64,000 bases of DNA, from positions 1,184,001 through 1,248,000 of the forward strand of contig CAWBMV010000034.1 in the NCBI GenBank assembly GCA_963789955.1, written 5' to 3'. The position numbers and the translations under genes were made by a program. The notes below the pieces were generated by a model. The model was not told where the DNA came from. It searched no databases and saw nothing but the letters and a program-made list of their open reading frames with translations. This DNA comes from an uncultured Candidatus Rokubacteria bacterium (GTDB lineage Bacteria; Methylomirabilota; Methylomirabilia; Rokubacteriales; CSP1-6). Shown in pieces: positions 1-9,382 of the stretch (position 1 is its first letter; each line of letters opens with the position of its first letter).

Positions 1-103
1 GCCGCACCGGACGGCTCCGCGCCATGATCGTGGCGTTGATGAAGTCCGTCACGGCTCTCGCGACCTCTTCGGGATCGAGCCGGGAGAGATTCCCGGTAGA
101 CAT
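1..103 (-). CDS. Partial hypothetical protein (5' end; runs off window)
   Basis: Reverse-strand ATG at 103 reading MSTGNLSRLDPEEVARAVTDFINATIMARSRPVR, open to the window edge. Confidence 0.4.
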   Translation of the reverse strand, partial: MSTGNLSRLDPEEVARAVTDFINATIMARSRPVR

Positions 104-148
104 GCTGGAGTTCAATATCCTTATGCGCCTCTTACTTTGCAAGTCCTA

Positions 149-178
149 CGAAATGGCGCCGAGACCCGGTTCGTCTAA
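149..178 (+). promoter_or_regulatory. Putative ECF-sigma promoter
   Basis: CGAAAT-N17-CGTCTAA just upstream of the AGGAGG RBS and ATG at 199; resembles TGAAAC-N17-CGTC ECF promoters. Confidence 0.4.
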
Positions 179-198
179 AGCGCCAGGAGGATACGCAA

Positions 199-664
199 AT
201 GAGGCTCGGCAACGCAGAATCCTCACGATGTCCATGCTGGGCTTGCTGTCGGGTTTGACCTTGGCCACCACCGCCCAGGCGCAGTGGCGAGACGAGAGAC
301 ACGGGCCGGTGTTTCGGGACGAGCGCGCCCGCATCGAGCACAGGGCGTTCGTCCGTCACGAAGACTGGCACTTCGACCGTGGCCGTGGCTGGCGATTCGA
401 GCATCGACCTGGATTCTGGTCCCCGTACTACGTCTGGTGGTGGACCGGCGGCCGGGTCGTGATGCTCGCGGCGCCGACCGTCACCGTCGTCAACTACCCC
501 ACCGGCCAGTACCAGCTCCGGGGCGACGGGATCACGGTTCCTTACTACTGGGCCTGGGTGCCGGCTCAGACCTACATCGCGGCGCGCCGCCGCCTGCCGT
601 ACCGGCCGCTCCGGACGTGCCGCCGGCCGGCTCTCCGCCCCCGCCCCCTCCGGCGGCCGGGTAG
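199..664 (+). CDS. Secreted Trp/Arg-rich protein with proline-rich tail (frameshifted)
   Basis: RBS AGGAGG, signal peptide ending AQA, WHFDRGRGWRF/YYVWWW core, tail PPPAVPAAPDVPPAGSPPPPPPAAG in another frame; indels near 212 and 585. Confidence 0.6.
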
Positions 665-703
665 GGTCCAAACAACACGAGCCAATTGAGGAGGATTGAG
701 ATC

Positions 704-842
704 ATGGAACCGAAAGTGCTTCGACGCCTGGCAACGATGTTCCTGCTCGCGTGCGTCGTCACGATCAGCACCGCGGGGTGTCTGCTGGTGCCGGTCCCCG
801 TGGGTCGGCCACGGCGGATACCATCACCGCGGCCGCTGGTAG
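704..842 (+). CDS. Small lipoprotein (frameshifted Gly/His-rich tail)
   Basis: RBS GAGGAGG; MEPKVLRRLATMFLLACVVTISTAGC lipobox-like; tail HGGYHHRGRW* after one indel. Confidence 0.55.
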
Positions 843-971
843 TCGCTCGTAGCGACCGCTCGGCAACACCTTCGCGCGCAGCCTCCTGGTCTTGCCAGGG
901 GGCTGCGCGTGCGTTCGGAGACCTCCGGCGACTTGACTCGGTTCGCACGTCGGCGCTAAGGAAGAAGTGCC

Positions 972-2246
972 GTGAAGCGAGCCCGAGCGCGCGCCGCGAA
1001 ACCGAAGGCCGGTCCGTTCGACGGCTACCGCCGCCGCGACGTTCCCCCGCCTGATCCCGAGCTGACCGAGGTCGGTCCCGGGCACGCCGTGCGGCGAGTA
1101 TCTGCGCCGCTTCTGGCAGCCCGTCGCGTTCGCGCGCGAGCTCACGTCGGCGCCGCTGAGAACCCGACATCCTCGGCGAGGACCTGGTGGTGTTCCGCGA
1201 TCGCGGCGGGCGCGTCGGCGTGCTGCACCTGCACTGCGCGCATCGCGGGACGTCACTCGAGTTCGGGATCCCGCTCGAGCGCGGCATTCGCTGCTGCTAT
1301 CACGGCTGGGTGTACGACGTCGATGGACGGTGCCTGGAGACGCCGGGAGAGCCGGCGGGCAGCCGGCTCCGGGAGCGCATCTGGCAGGGCGCGTATCCGA
1401 CGCACGAGTTCGCGGGCCTCGTGTTCGCATATCTCGGCCCGCCGGACCGGCGCCCCGCATTTCCGGTTTACGACAGCTACGATGTGGCCGGCCATCAGCT
1501 GATGCCCGCCGCGAAGTTCATGCTGCCGTGCAACTGGCTCCAGGTGAAGGACAACAGCATGGACCCGGTGCACACCGCGTTTCTGCACGCGCTCAGCAGC
1601 GGCTACCAGTTCACGCCGGCGTTCGGCGCCGTGCCCGAGCTCGACTGGAAGCTGACCGACGCCGGCATGGTCTACCTGGCGACGCGCCGGGTCGGCGATC
1701 TCGTGTGGGTCCGCGTCTGCGACTACATGCCGCCGAACATTCATCAGTTCACGCGGGAGATCGAGGAAGCCGACGAGCCGAAGCCGGCGAGCCGGCCGGT
1801 GATCATTCGCTGGGCGGTGCCGAACGACGACACGCACACGACGAACTTCGAGCTCGCGCAGGTGGATCCGGCCTGGGGACTCACGCCGGAGCAGGTCGGC
1901 CGGCCCGGGCTTCGGCCAGTCCGACGATCGTCCCTACGACGAGCGCCAGCGCTTTCCCGCCGACTTCGACGCGCAGTCGAGCCAGCGCACGATCGCGGTC
2001 CACGCGCTCGAGAATCTCGCGTCGACCGACCGCGGCGTGATCATGCTCCGGCGCATCGTGCGCGACGGCATCCGCGCGGTGGCCCGCGACCGCGACCCCG
2101 ACGGGACGCGCTGGCCAGAGGGCAAGACCATCCCGACGTTCACGCAGGACATCGTGCTGCGGGTCCCGCCGGCGGCGAGCGCGGAGGCCGATCGGAAGCT
2201 TCTGCGAGCGACCGGGCGGTCGGTGATCGCGAACGGGCGGCGCTGA
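972..2246 (+). CDS. Rieske non-heme iron oxygenase alpha subunit (phthalate 4,5-dioxygenase-like), frameshifted
   Basis: CAHRG...CCYHGW Rieske motif, DPVHTAFLH iron motif, N-terminal GTPCGEYLRRFWQP; pieces 972, 1187 and 2037 joined across indels. Confidence 0.85.
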
Positions 2247-2248
2247 GG

Positions 2249-3418
2249 CTAGAGCCGCGCTTCGTCGATCTTGAGGCCGAGCCAGTAGCGGCCGACCAGC
2301 TCGTAGTGCGCGAGTCGTCCCTGAAGATGCTGCGTGATGACGTGGATATCCTGGAAGTGGCGCTGGAGCAGATGATCCTCGTAGGCCGCCGTCGCGCCCG
2401 CGGCGTTGTACACGCTGTCGATGATCTGCGCGGCGAGCCGGATCCCGTGCGTCGTGGCCAGCCGAAGATTCGCACGATGCTCGAGCGCGAGCGCGTTGTT
2501 CACGCTGGCCGCCCACGCCTCGCGGACCGCCTCGACGAGAAACGCGCGGCCGGAGCGTAGCGCGGCCTCGGCCTGACCCACTGTCAGCTGGATCATCGGC
2601 TGCTCGCGCAGCAAGGTCGGCATCGCGCGCGGGGTCTTGGCGCCGGCCAGCTCGCCGAACGTCTCCAGGCACGTGCGCGCCATCCCGAACGCGACCGCGG
2701 CGTCGCCCGAGGCGAACAGCAAGGTTCGAGGAATGCGGTAGAGCGGCGCGTCCTCGATCAGCGGCGCCGTCTGGGAGAGCACGGTGCGGTCGGTCGGCAC
2801 GAAGACGTCCTTCACCGCGAAGTGGTGCGTGCCCGTCCCGCGCATGCCGCGGGTGTGCCAGGTGTCGAGCAGCTCCGCCTCCGCGACCGGCACGAACATG
2901 TAGCGCGCCTCGGGCGCGTCGCCTTCCATGCGGATCTGCCCGTTCTCGGTGATCTGCGCGTGTGCGGCGACCCACGATGCGTGCCGGCAGCCGGTGCTGA
3001 ACCCCTGGCCGCCCGGGGGGCTGGTGACACGATAGCCGCCCGGTACCACGATCGCCTTCGCGGTCGCCGCCGGCGTGTTCGCCACGACGGCGCGCGGCAC
3101 GTCGGCCCAGATCGTGCGGGCGACGTCGCGCGGCATCCGGGCCGCGTACGTGCCGAAGATCGCACCCTGGTTCAGGCACCAGCCGGTGCTCGCGTCGGCC
3201 TTGCCGATCTCTTCGATGACCTGGATGTAGGTCGGCAGGTCGATCTCGCCGCCACCGATCGCGCGCGGGATCGCCATGTGGAACAGGCCGGCATCCGCCA
3301 TCGCCTCGAAGAGCGGATGCGGCAGCTCGCGCTGCTTCTCGATCTCGTCCGCGGCGGAGCGGATCTGGGGAACGAGCTTGCGGGCGGCGTCGAGCGGCGA
3401 GCGGCCGTCGGTGTCCAG
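2249..3418 (-). CDS. Acyl-CoA dehydrogenase-fold flavin-dependent monooxygenase (HsaA/DszC-like)
   Basis: FSTGCRHASW, WHTRGMRGTGTH, LQRHFQDIHVITQH; frame stays open upstream of Met at 3301 (start approximate). Confidence 0.85.
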   Translation of the reverse strand: MDTDGRSPLDAARKLVPQIRSAADEIEKQRELPHPLFEAMADAGLFHMAIPRAIGGGEIDLPTYIQVIEEIGKADASTGWCLNQGAIFGTYAARMPRDVARTIWADVPRAVVANTPAATAKAIVVPGGYRVTSPPGGQGFSTGCRHASWVAAHAQITENGQIRMEGDAPEARYMFVPVAEAELLDTWHTRGMRGTGTHHFAVKDVFVPTDRTVLSQTAPLIEDAPLYRIPRTLLFASGDAAVAFGMARTCLETFGELAGAKTPRAMPTLLREQPMIQLTVGQAEAALRSGRAFLVEAVREAWAASVNNALALEHRANLRLATTHGIRLAAQIIDSVYNAAGATAAYEDHLLQRHFQDIHVITQHLQGRLAHYELVGRYWLGLKIDEARL

Positions 3419-3434
3419 GGCGGGAGCTCGCTGG

Positions 3435-4322
3435 CTACGAGCCGGCCGCGACGAGGGCGGGCTCGGCGATGTCGAGAGTCGTCACGCGGCGAAGCTCGCG
3501 GCGATACTTCGTGTCGTCGAATGGCCGCGCGCGGTGCATCGTCGCGCGGTTGTCCCAGATCACGAGATCGCCGACACGCCAGGCGTGACGATAGACGAAC
3601 TCTCGCTGGGTGGCGTGCTCGGTCAGGTCGCGCAGCAGGAGACGCCCCTCCGGCAGCGGCCAGTCGAGAATCCGTGTCTGGTGCGACGCCAGGTAGAGCG
3701 AACGGCGGAGCGAGCGCGGGATCGTACGCACCAGCGGGTGCACCGCGCCCTTCAGCTGATCCTGCTCGCTCTGGGAGAACTCGAACCCGAGGATCTGGCG
3801 TGAGTGGGCGATCGAATGGTGCGTGCGCAGCCCTTCGATCAGCGCCTTGGTCTCGGCCGGCAGCGTGTCGTAGGCCGCCCGCATATCGGCGAACTCGGTG
3901 TCGGCCGCGACTGGCGGCACCACGCGCGCGTGCAGCATCGAGTAGCGCCCGGCCGGATCCTTGAACGACGCGTCGGTGTGCCAGAGACGATTGCCGAGCG
4001 TGTAGTGGCGCCGGCGATCGTCGGCCTTCATGATCTGGCCTTCGGCGTTGACGTTCGAGATATCTGACAGCGCCTCGTTGCCGAAGCGATTCTTCGCGAT
4101 CACGCGGCTGCCGGTGCCCTCGTGCAGCTTGCCGTCCAGACGCTGGGCAAACGCGAGCTGCTCGGCGTCCTCGAACGGCTGGTCGCGGAAGACGAGCACG
4201 GCATATTTGTCCATGCCGGCGCGGATCTCGGCGAGCGTTTCCTCGTCGTGGACCGCGCGAAGCTCGATCGGGCTGGCTTCACCGACGAACACTGGATGGA
4301 GGTTCCGGAATGTCAGCGCCAT
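3435..4322 (-). CDS. TauD/TfdA family Fe(II)/2-oxoglutarate dioxygenase
   Basis: WHTDASF, DTEFADMRAAYD and WDNRATMHRA motifs. Confidence 0.92.
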   Translation of the reverse strand: MALTFRNLHPVFVGEASPIELRAVHDEETLAEIRAGMDKYAVLVFRDQPFEDAEQLAFAQRLDGKLHEGTGSRVIAKNRFGNEALSDISNVNAEGQIMKADDRRRHYTLGNRLWHTDASFKDPAGRYSMLHARVVPPVAADTEFADMRAAYDTLPAETKALIEGLRTHHSIAHSRQILGFEFSQSEQDQLKGAVHPLVRTIPRSLRRSLYLASHQTRILDWPLPEGRLLLRDLTEHATQREFVYRHAWRVGDLVIWDNRATMHRARPFDDTKYRRELRRVTTLDIAEPALVAAGS

Positions 4323-4378
4323 AGTCTCCAGAGGGTAGGACGACCCAGGCCGGTCCGTCAAGCGATTGGCCGGCGGAA

Positions 4379-5716
4379 CTAGGGGCAGATATATCCCGTG
4401 CCCGCCGGATTCTTGAAGCACCCCACCGACTCGGGCAGGAGCAGCTTCGGCAGCCACACCACGACATCCGGAAAGAGCACCGTGAAGGCGATCGCGAAGA
4501 AGAAGACGACGTAGAGCGGGAGCGAGCGCACCATGGCGCGGCCGAAGTCCACCCCGACGAACTTCGAGGCGACCAGTAGCGAGAGGCCGTACGGCGGCGT
4601 GATCAAACCGAACACCAGGGTCGTGATGATCACGACGCCCATGTGCACGGGGTTGATCCCGCCGAGGTCGGTCAGCTTGTTGATGATCGGCATGAAGATG
4701 ATGATCGCCGGCACGGCGTCGACGAAGTCGCCGACGATCACGAACAGGCCGACCAGCAGGAACATGATCTTGATCCCGCTCGTGCCCGCGTAGATGGCGA
4801 TCCACGCGGCGACGATGTCGGGGCCGCGCAGATAGGCCAGCATCCAGCCGAACGCGGAGGCGCCCGCCACCGCGGCCAGCGGGATCGCGTAGAGCATGCC
4901 GGCGTAGACGAAATCGCTCGGGAGCTTGCGGATGTGCCGCGGCCTGAGCAGCGGAATCACGACCGCCACGATGTACACGCACGCCACCAGACCCGCCTCG
5001 GTTGGCGTGAACCATCCCGTGAGGATCCCGCCCATGATGATGATCGGGATCACGAGCGGCAGCGCAGCGCGCTGCAGCGCGCCGCCGAACTCGGGCAGGG
5101 TGGCGCGGCGGCGTTTCAGGCCCACCGGCCCGAACAGGTAGCTGTAGACCATGAGCCCGATGCCGATGAGCACGCCAGGGACCACCCCGCCTAGGAACAG
5201 ACCCGCGATCGACACGTTGCCGGTCGCGCCGTAGACGACGGCCATGATGCTCGGCGGGATCAGGTTCGCCATCGTCGAGGCCGACGCGATCAGCGCTGCG
5301 GTGAAGGCGCGATCGTAGCCCTCGCGGTCCATCTCCGGCGCGACGGTGCGGCTCAGCACCGCGACGTCGGCGGTGGACGAGCCGGAGATTCCAGCGAAGA
5401 ACATGCTGAAGAGGGTGATCACCTGAGCCAGACCCCCGCGGAGGTGGCCGACCAGGGTTTGCGACAATACGATCATGCGCTGGGTCACCTCGGCGGAGGT
5501 CATCAGCTCGCCGACCAGGAGGAAGAACGGCACCGCCAGCAGCGCTTCGGAATCGATGCCATGGAACATCTGGCCGATGATCGACGGGAAGCTGATCGGC
5601 GTGAACGCCGTCGCCGCCAGGACGCCGGCCATCAGCGCGAAGGCCACCGGCACGCCGAGATAGCCGAGCGACAGGAACAGCAACGTCATCAGGCCGAGGA
5701 TGAGCCCGCTGTTCAC
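4379..5716 (-). CDS. dctM: TRAP transporter large permease
   Basis: LLAVPFFLLVGELM, FAGISGSSTADV, LIPPSI, GLITPPYG; GTG start overlapping the dctQ stop. Confidence 0.92.
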   Translation of the reverse strand: MNSGLILGLMTLLFLSLGYLGVPVAFALMAGVLAATAFTPISFPSIIGQMFHGIDSEALLAVPFFLLVGELMTSAEVTQRMIVLSQTLVGHLRGGLAQVITLFSMFFAGISGSSTADVAVLSRTVAPEMDREGYDRAFTAALIASASTMANLIPPSIMAVVYGATGNVSIAGLFLGGVVPGVLIGIGLMVYSYLFGPVGLKRRRATLPEFGGALQRAALPLVIPIIIMGGILTGWFTPTEAGLVACVYIVAVVIPLLRPRHIRKLPSDFVYAGMLYAIPLAAVAGASAFGWMLAYLRGPDIVAAWIAIYAGTSGIKIMFLLVGLFVIVGDFVDAVPAIIIFMPIINKLTDLGGINPVHMGVVIITTLVFGLITPPYGLSLLVASKFVGVDFGRAMVRSLPLYVVFFFAIAFTVLFPDVVVWLPKLLLPESVGCFKNPAGTGYICP

Positions 5717-6276
5717 GGTACGACCTCGGCGACGATGTTCGCGTCCTCCGGCCCTTCGAAGCCGTGACGCCACCCGTTGAGCAGTTGCTCGACGACGAAG
5801 AGCGCGATGAGCACGCCCGAGAGCGGAACGATGATCGTGTAGACGCCCAGCGGAATCATCGAGGGCATGCGGAAGCTGCCGAGGTCCAGGAGGAAGTTCT
5901 TGTAGCCGAACCAGATCATGGCGAGCGCGACGCCGAGCACCACTAGCCGCCCGAACGTCTCGAAGGCCGTTCGCGTCGCGCCCCGGAGCCGGCGCGTGAT
6001 CTCGGTCAGGTACAGGTGATCGTGGCGGCGGGTCGCCGCGGCCATGCCGATGAAGATGCCGTACGCGAAGAACGCGGTCGTCACCTGCTGGAGCCAGAGC
6101 CACGGGTGGCCGATGGTGCGGGTGAGGACGTCGAAGAAGACGGACAGGCCGAAACCGATGATGCTGGCCCCGCACAGCGCCATCAGCACGGCCTCGAGCG
6201 AGTCGAGCGCCCGCCACTTGAGATGGCGGTGACGCTCGAGCACCAGCCCTCGCGGGTCGGGCGTCCAGGCCGACAC
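5713..6276 (-). CDS. dctQ: TRAP transporter small permease
   Basis: 4-TM protein between dctP and dctM. Confidence 0.85.
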   Translation of the reverse strand: MSAWTPDPRGLVLERHRHLKWRALDSLEAVLMALCGASIIGFGLSVFFDVLTRTIGHPWLWLQQVTTAFFAYGIFIGMAAATRRHDHLYLTEITRRLRGATRTAFETFGRLVVLGVALAMIWFGYKNFLLDLGSFRMPSMIPLGVYTIIVPLSGVLIALFVVEQLLNGWRHGFEGPEDANIVAEVVP

Positions 6277-6280
6277 CCGG

Positions 6281-7285
6281 CTACTTGGTCTCGCGAATGA
6301 GCTTGAGGATCCGCACCGCGTGGGGGCCGAGCTCGGTGGCGAGCTGGTCCTGGATCGGCTGGGCCGCCTTGGCGAAGCCCGACTTGTCGACACCGTCGAC
6401 CACCTTGACGCCCATCTTCTTGAGCTTCACCGCCGATTCCTGCTCGAGCGCGAGCGCCTTGCCCGGCTCCACGCGCCCCACCTCTTCGGCCGCGCTCTGG
6501 ACCCACTTCTTTTCCTGATCGTTCAGGCTGTTCCAGGTCTTCTCGCTGACCCACACGGCGTTGTTGTTGGCTTCGTGCTGGGTCATCGACAGAACGGGCG
6601 CGACCTCGTAGTGCTTGTTGGCCAGGTAGACGTTGACGCCGTTCTCGGCCGCGTTGACGACGCCGGTCTGCAGCGACGTGTAGACCTCGCCGAACGGCAT
6701 GTGCACGGTCTGGGCACCGTAGGCGGGGAAGTGCGTGTCCTCGGTCTTCGTGGCCTGGACCCGGACCTTCATGCCTTTGATGTCGTCGACCGACTTGACC
6801 TCTTTCTTGCTGTAGATGTTGCGCATGCCCATGGTCATGAGGGCCATCACGTGCGCGCCCTTGACCGAGTCGGCGACCATCTCGCGGAACGCGGCGACCA
6901 CTTGAGGATTGCCGATGACCTTCTTCAGATGGTCCTCGTCGCGGAAGATGAAGTGCAGCGAGAGCACGCCGGCCTGCGGTGCCACCGTCGACGCGTTGGC
7001 GGTCGAGGTGATGATGAAATCGATGTCACCGGCCCGGAGCTTCTGCAGCATCACCGGCTCCTGGCCGAGCTGGGCGCCGGGGAACTGATTGATCCCGAGC
7101 TTGCCGCCCGAGAGCTCCAGCAGCTTGGCGTCGAAGATGTCGGCGGCGATGCCGTAGGCGGTCGTGTGCGGCTGGTCGTAGCCGAAGCTGAGCTTGCGCT
7201 GCGCGGCGGCATCTTCGGGCGCGGCGAGGGCGATGCCCCCGAGAACGACGGCGGCGAGTCCGAGCAGTCCGAGACGTCTTCTCAT
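6281..7285 (-). CDS. dctP: TRAP transporter substrate-binding protein
   Basis: Signal peptide; KGMKVRVQ and MPFGEVYTSLQTGVVNAAEN motifs. Confidence 0.92.
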   Translation of the reverse strand: MRRRLGLLGLAAVVLGGIALAAPEDAAAQRKLSFGYDQPHTTAYGIAADIFDAKLLELSGGKLGINQFPGAQLGQEPVMLQKLRAGDIDFIITSTANASTVAPQAGVLSLHFIFRDEDHLKKVIGNPQVVAAFREMVADSVKGAHVMALMTMGMRNIYSKKEVKSVDDIKGMKVRVQATKTEDTHFPAYGAQTVHMPFGEVYTSLQTGVVNAAENGVNVYLANKHYEVAPVLSMTQHEANNNAVWVSEKTWNSLNDQEKKWVQSAAEEVGRVEPGKALALEQESAVKLKKMGVKVVDGVDKSGFAKAAQPIQDQLATELGPHAVRILKLIRETK

Positions 7286-7337
7286 CGTTGAGCCCCCTGT
7301 GTGAAGCGAGATCGAGCCGGCGTGCCGGCAGGTATCC

Positions 7338-9382
7338 TTAGCGCGAGCCGCCCGCGGCCGTCAACACTCCGGTATGGATGGCCCGAACCTCCACCGCGGA
7401 GACGTCGGTCCCGGCGAGCATGCGCAGGGCGATTGGCGCGAGCTCCGCCACCGCGCCACGACCGGCGCCGACGGGACGGGGCCGACCACCCAGGCTCGCA
7501 GCGGTGCCCCGCGCGGATTCACGAATTCGACGACCGCACCGGCCGTCACGCCAAGCCGCGTCGCGACCTCTGTGCTGAGCCGAACTTCGCGTCCACTCTG
7601 GGCGTCGAGCCCGGCACCGGCGATCAGCTCGGACGCGCAGTCGGGTCGCGCGCAGCGACGCCCGCCTCGCCGCGGTGGCAGCGGCATCCGGCGCGCCGCC
7701 GCGTAGCACGACGCCGTAGATCGCCTCCGCGGCCGCTGAAGTGACGTAGCCCTCGGCCACGTCCGCGGCGACACGCTCCGGATCACGCTCGAGCGGGTCG
7801 CCGAAGCCACCGCCGCCGCTCGACTCCATCAGCAGCACGTCACCGAGCTCGAGCGGATATCCGCTCACCTTGCCGGGCAGCGGGGACGATTGGACACGCT
7901 GACCGTTCCGTCGCGACCCAGAAGCGATTGGTCGCGCCGGCCGCGCCACCCGAGACGCCGAAGGGTGGCAGCACCGCTTTCTCGGCGAGCACCGACAGCT
8001 GTGAGCCCGACACCTGGATCCGCACCTCGCGCGTGAGACCGAGCCCGCCGCGCCAGCGCCCGGGCCCGCCCGAATCCTCGCGCAGCGCGGTGCGCTCGAT
8101 GCGCACGGGATAGAGCTGCTCGACGGCCTCGATGGGCTGGAGCGTCGTCATGTCGCTCTCGGTCCACGTGCGCACGGTGTTGCTGCCGTCGCCGCCGTCG
8201 AAGCCGCCGGTGCCGCCGGCCGGGTACTCGTAGAAGATGAAGGTCTCGCCCGTACGCGGATGCGGGCCGCCGACGTAGCAGTGATTGCCGCCGCCCTTGA
8301 GGTCGCCGGCGATCTTGCCGTCGAGCGCCTGGGCGAGCGCGCCCATCACCGCCGACTCCACGCAGTACTTCACCTCGACCATGCCGCCGCACGGCGCGGG
8401 TGGGTTCGCGTTCACGATCGTGCCCGGCGGCGTGATCACCGTGAGCGGACGGAAGGCGCCGGAGTTCACGTCGGAGCCCGGATCGAGGAACGACTTGATG
8501 ATCGTGAAGGCGCCGGTCGGGGCCATGGCCGGACCGACGTTGGTCGGGCCGAGCGTCTGCGGCGAGGTGCCGGCGAGATCCACCGTGATCGTGTCACCGG
8601 CGATGGTGACCTTCGCGCGCACCGTGAGCGGCTCGAGCCGCTCGGTGCCGGCCTCCAGGTGCGCCTCGTAGACGTATTCGCCGGCGCGGAGCCCGCGGAT
8701 GGCGCGGCGCATCCGGCCCTCGGCGCGGTCCATGAGCTCCGCGACGGCGTCGCGGATCGTCGCGGCGCCGTAGCGCGCGACCAGCTCTTCGATCGCGCTC
8801 GGCGGCCTTCCGGCAGGTCCCGAGCATCGCCTGGAAGTCGCCACGTCGCTCGCGAGGCCCGCGCATGTTGCTGAAGAGCAGGTCCAGCGCGGCCTCGTTC
8901 GGCCGACCGCGATCGACGATCCTGATCGGCGGGATGCGGACGCCTTCCTGGAAGATCTCGGTCGCGCGGCCCGAGAGGCTGCCCGGGCTCATCCCGCCCA
9001 CGTCACCCCAGTGCGCGCGCACGACGGGGAAGACGAACAGCTCGCCGTCCGCGAAGAGCGGATAGATCATCGCCACGTCGTTGAGGTGAGTCCCGCCGGT
9101 ATAGGGCTCGTTGTGCAGGAAGATGTCGCCCGGGTGGATGTCGTCGCCGAACTTCTCCCGCACCGCCTTCATCGACCAGGCGACCGGCACGATGTGGAGC
9201 GGATGATCCTGCCCCTTGGACATGGCGACGATCTGAGCGTGGCCGTCCATGAGCACGCAGGAGAAGTCCTCGCCCTCGTAGAGAATCGACGAGAACGCGG
9301 TGCGCACCAGGGTCACGCGCATCTCGCGCACGATCGAGACGAACGCCTCGCGCAGCACCTCGAGGGTGATGGGATCGATCAC
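7338..9382 (-). CDS. Hydantoinase B/5-oxoprolinase subunit with C-terminal extension (frameshifted)
   Basis: IDPITLEV, HLNDV, RAHWGDVGG, EIFQEG, DSGGPGRWRGG, GGGFGDPLERD; several indels. Confidence 0.88.
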
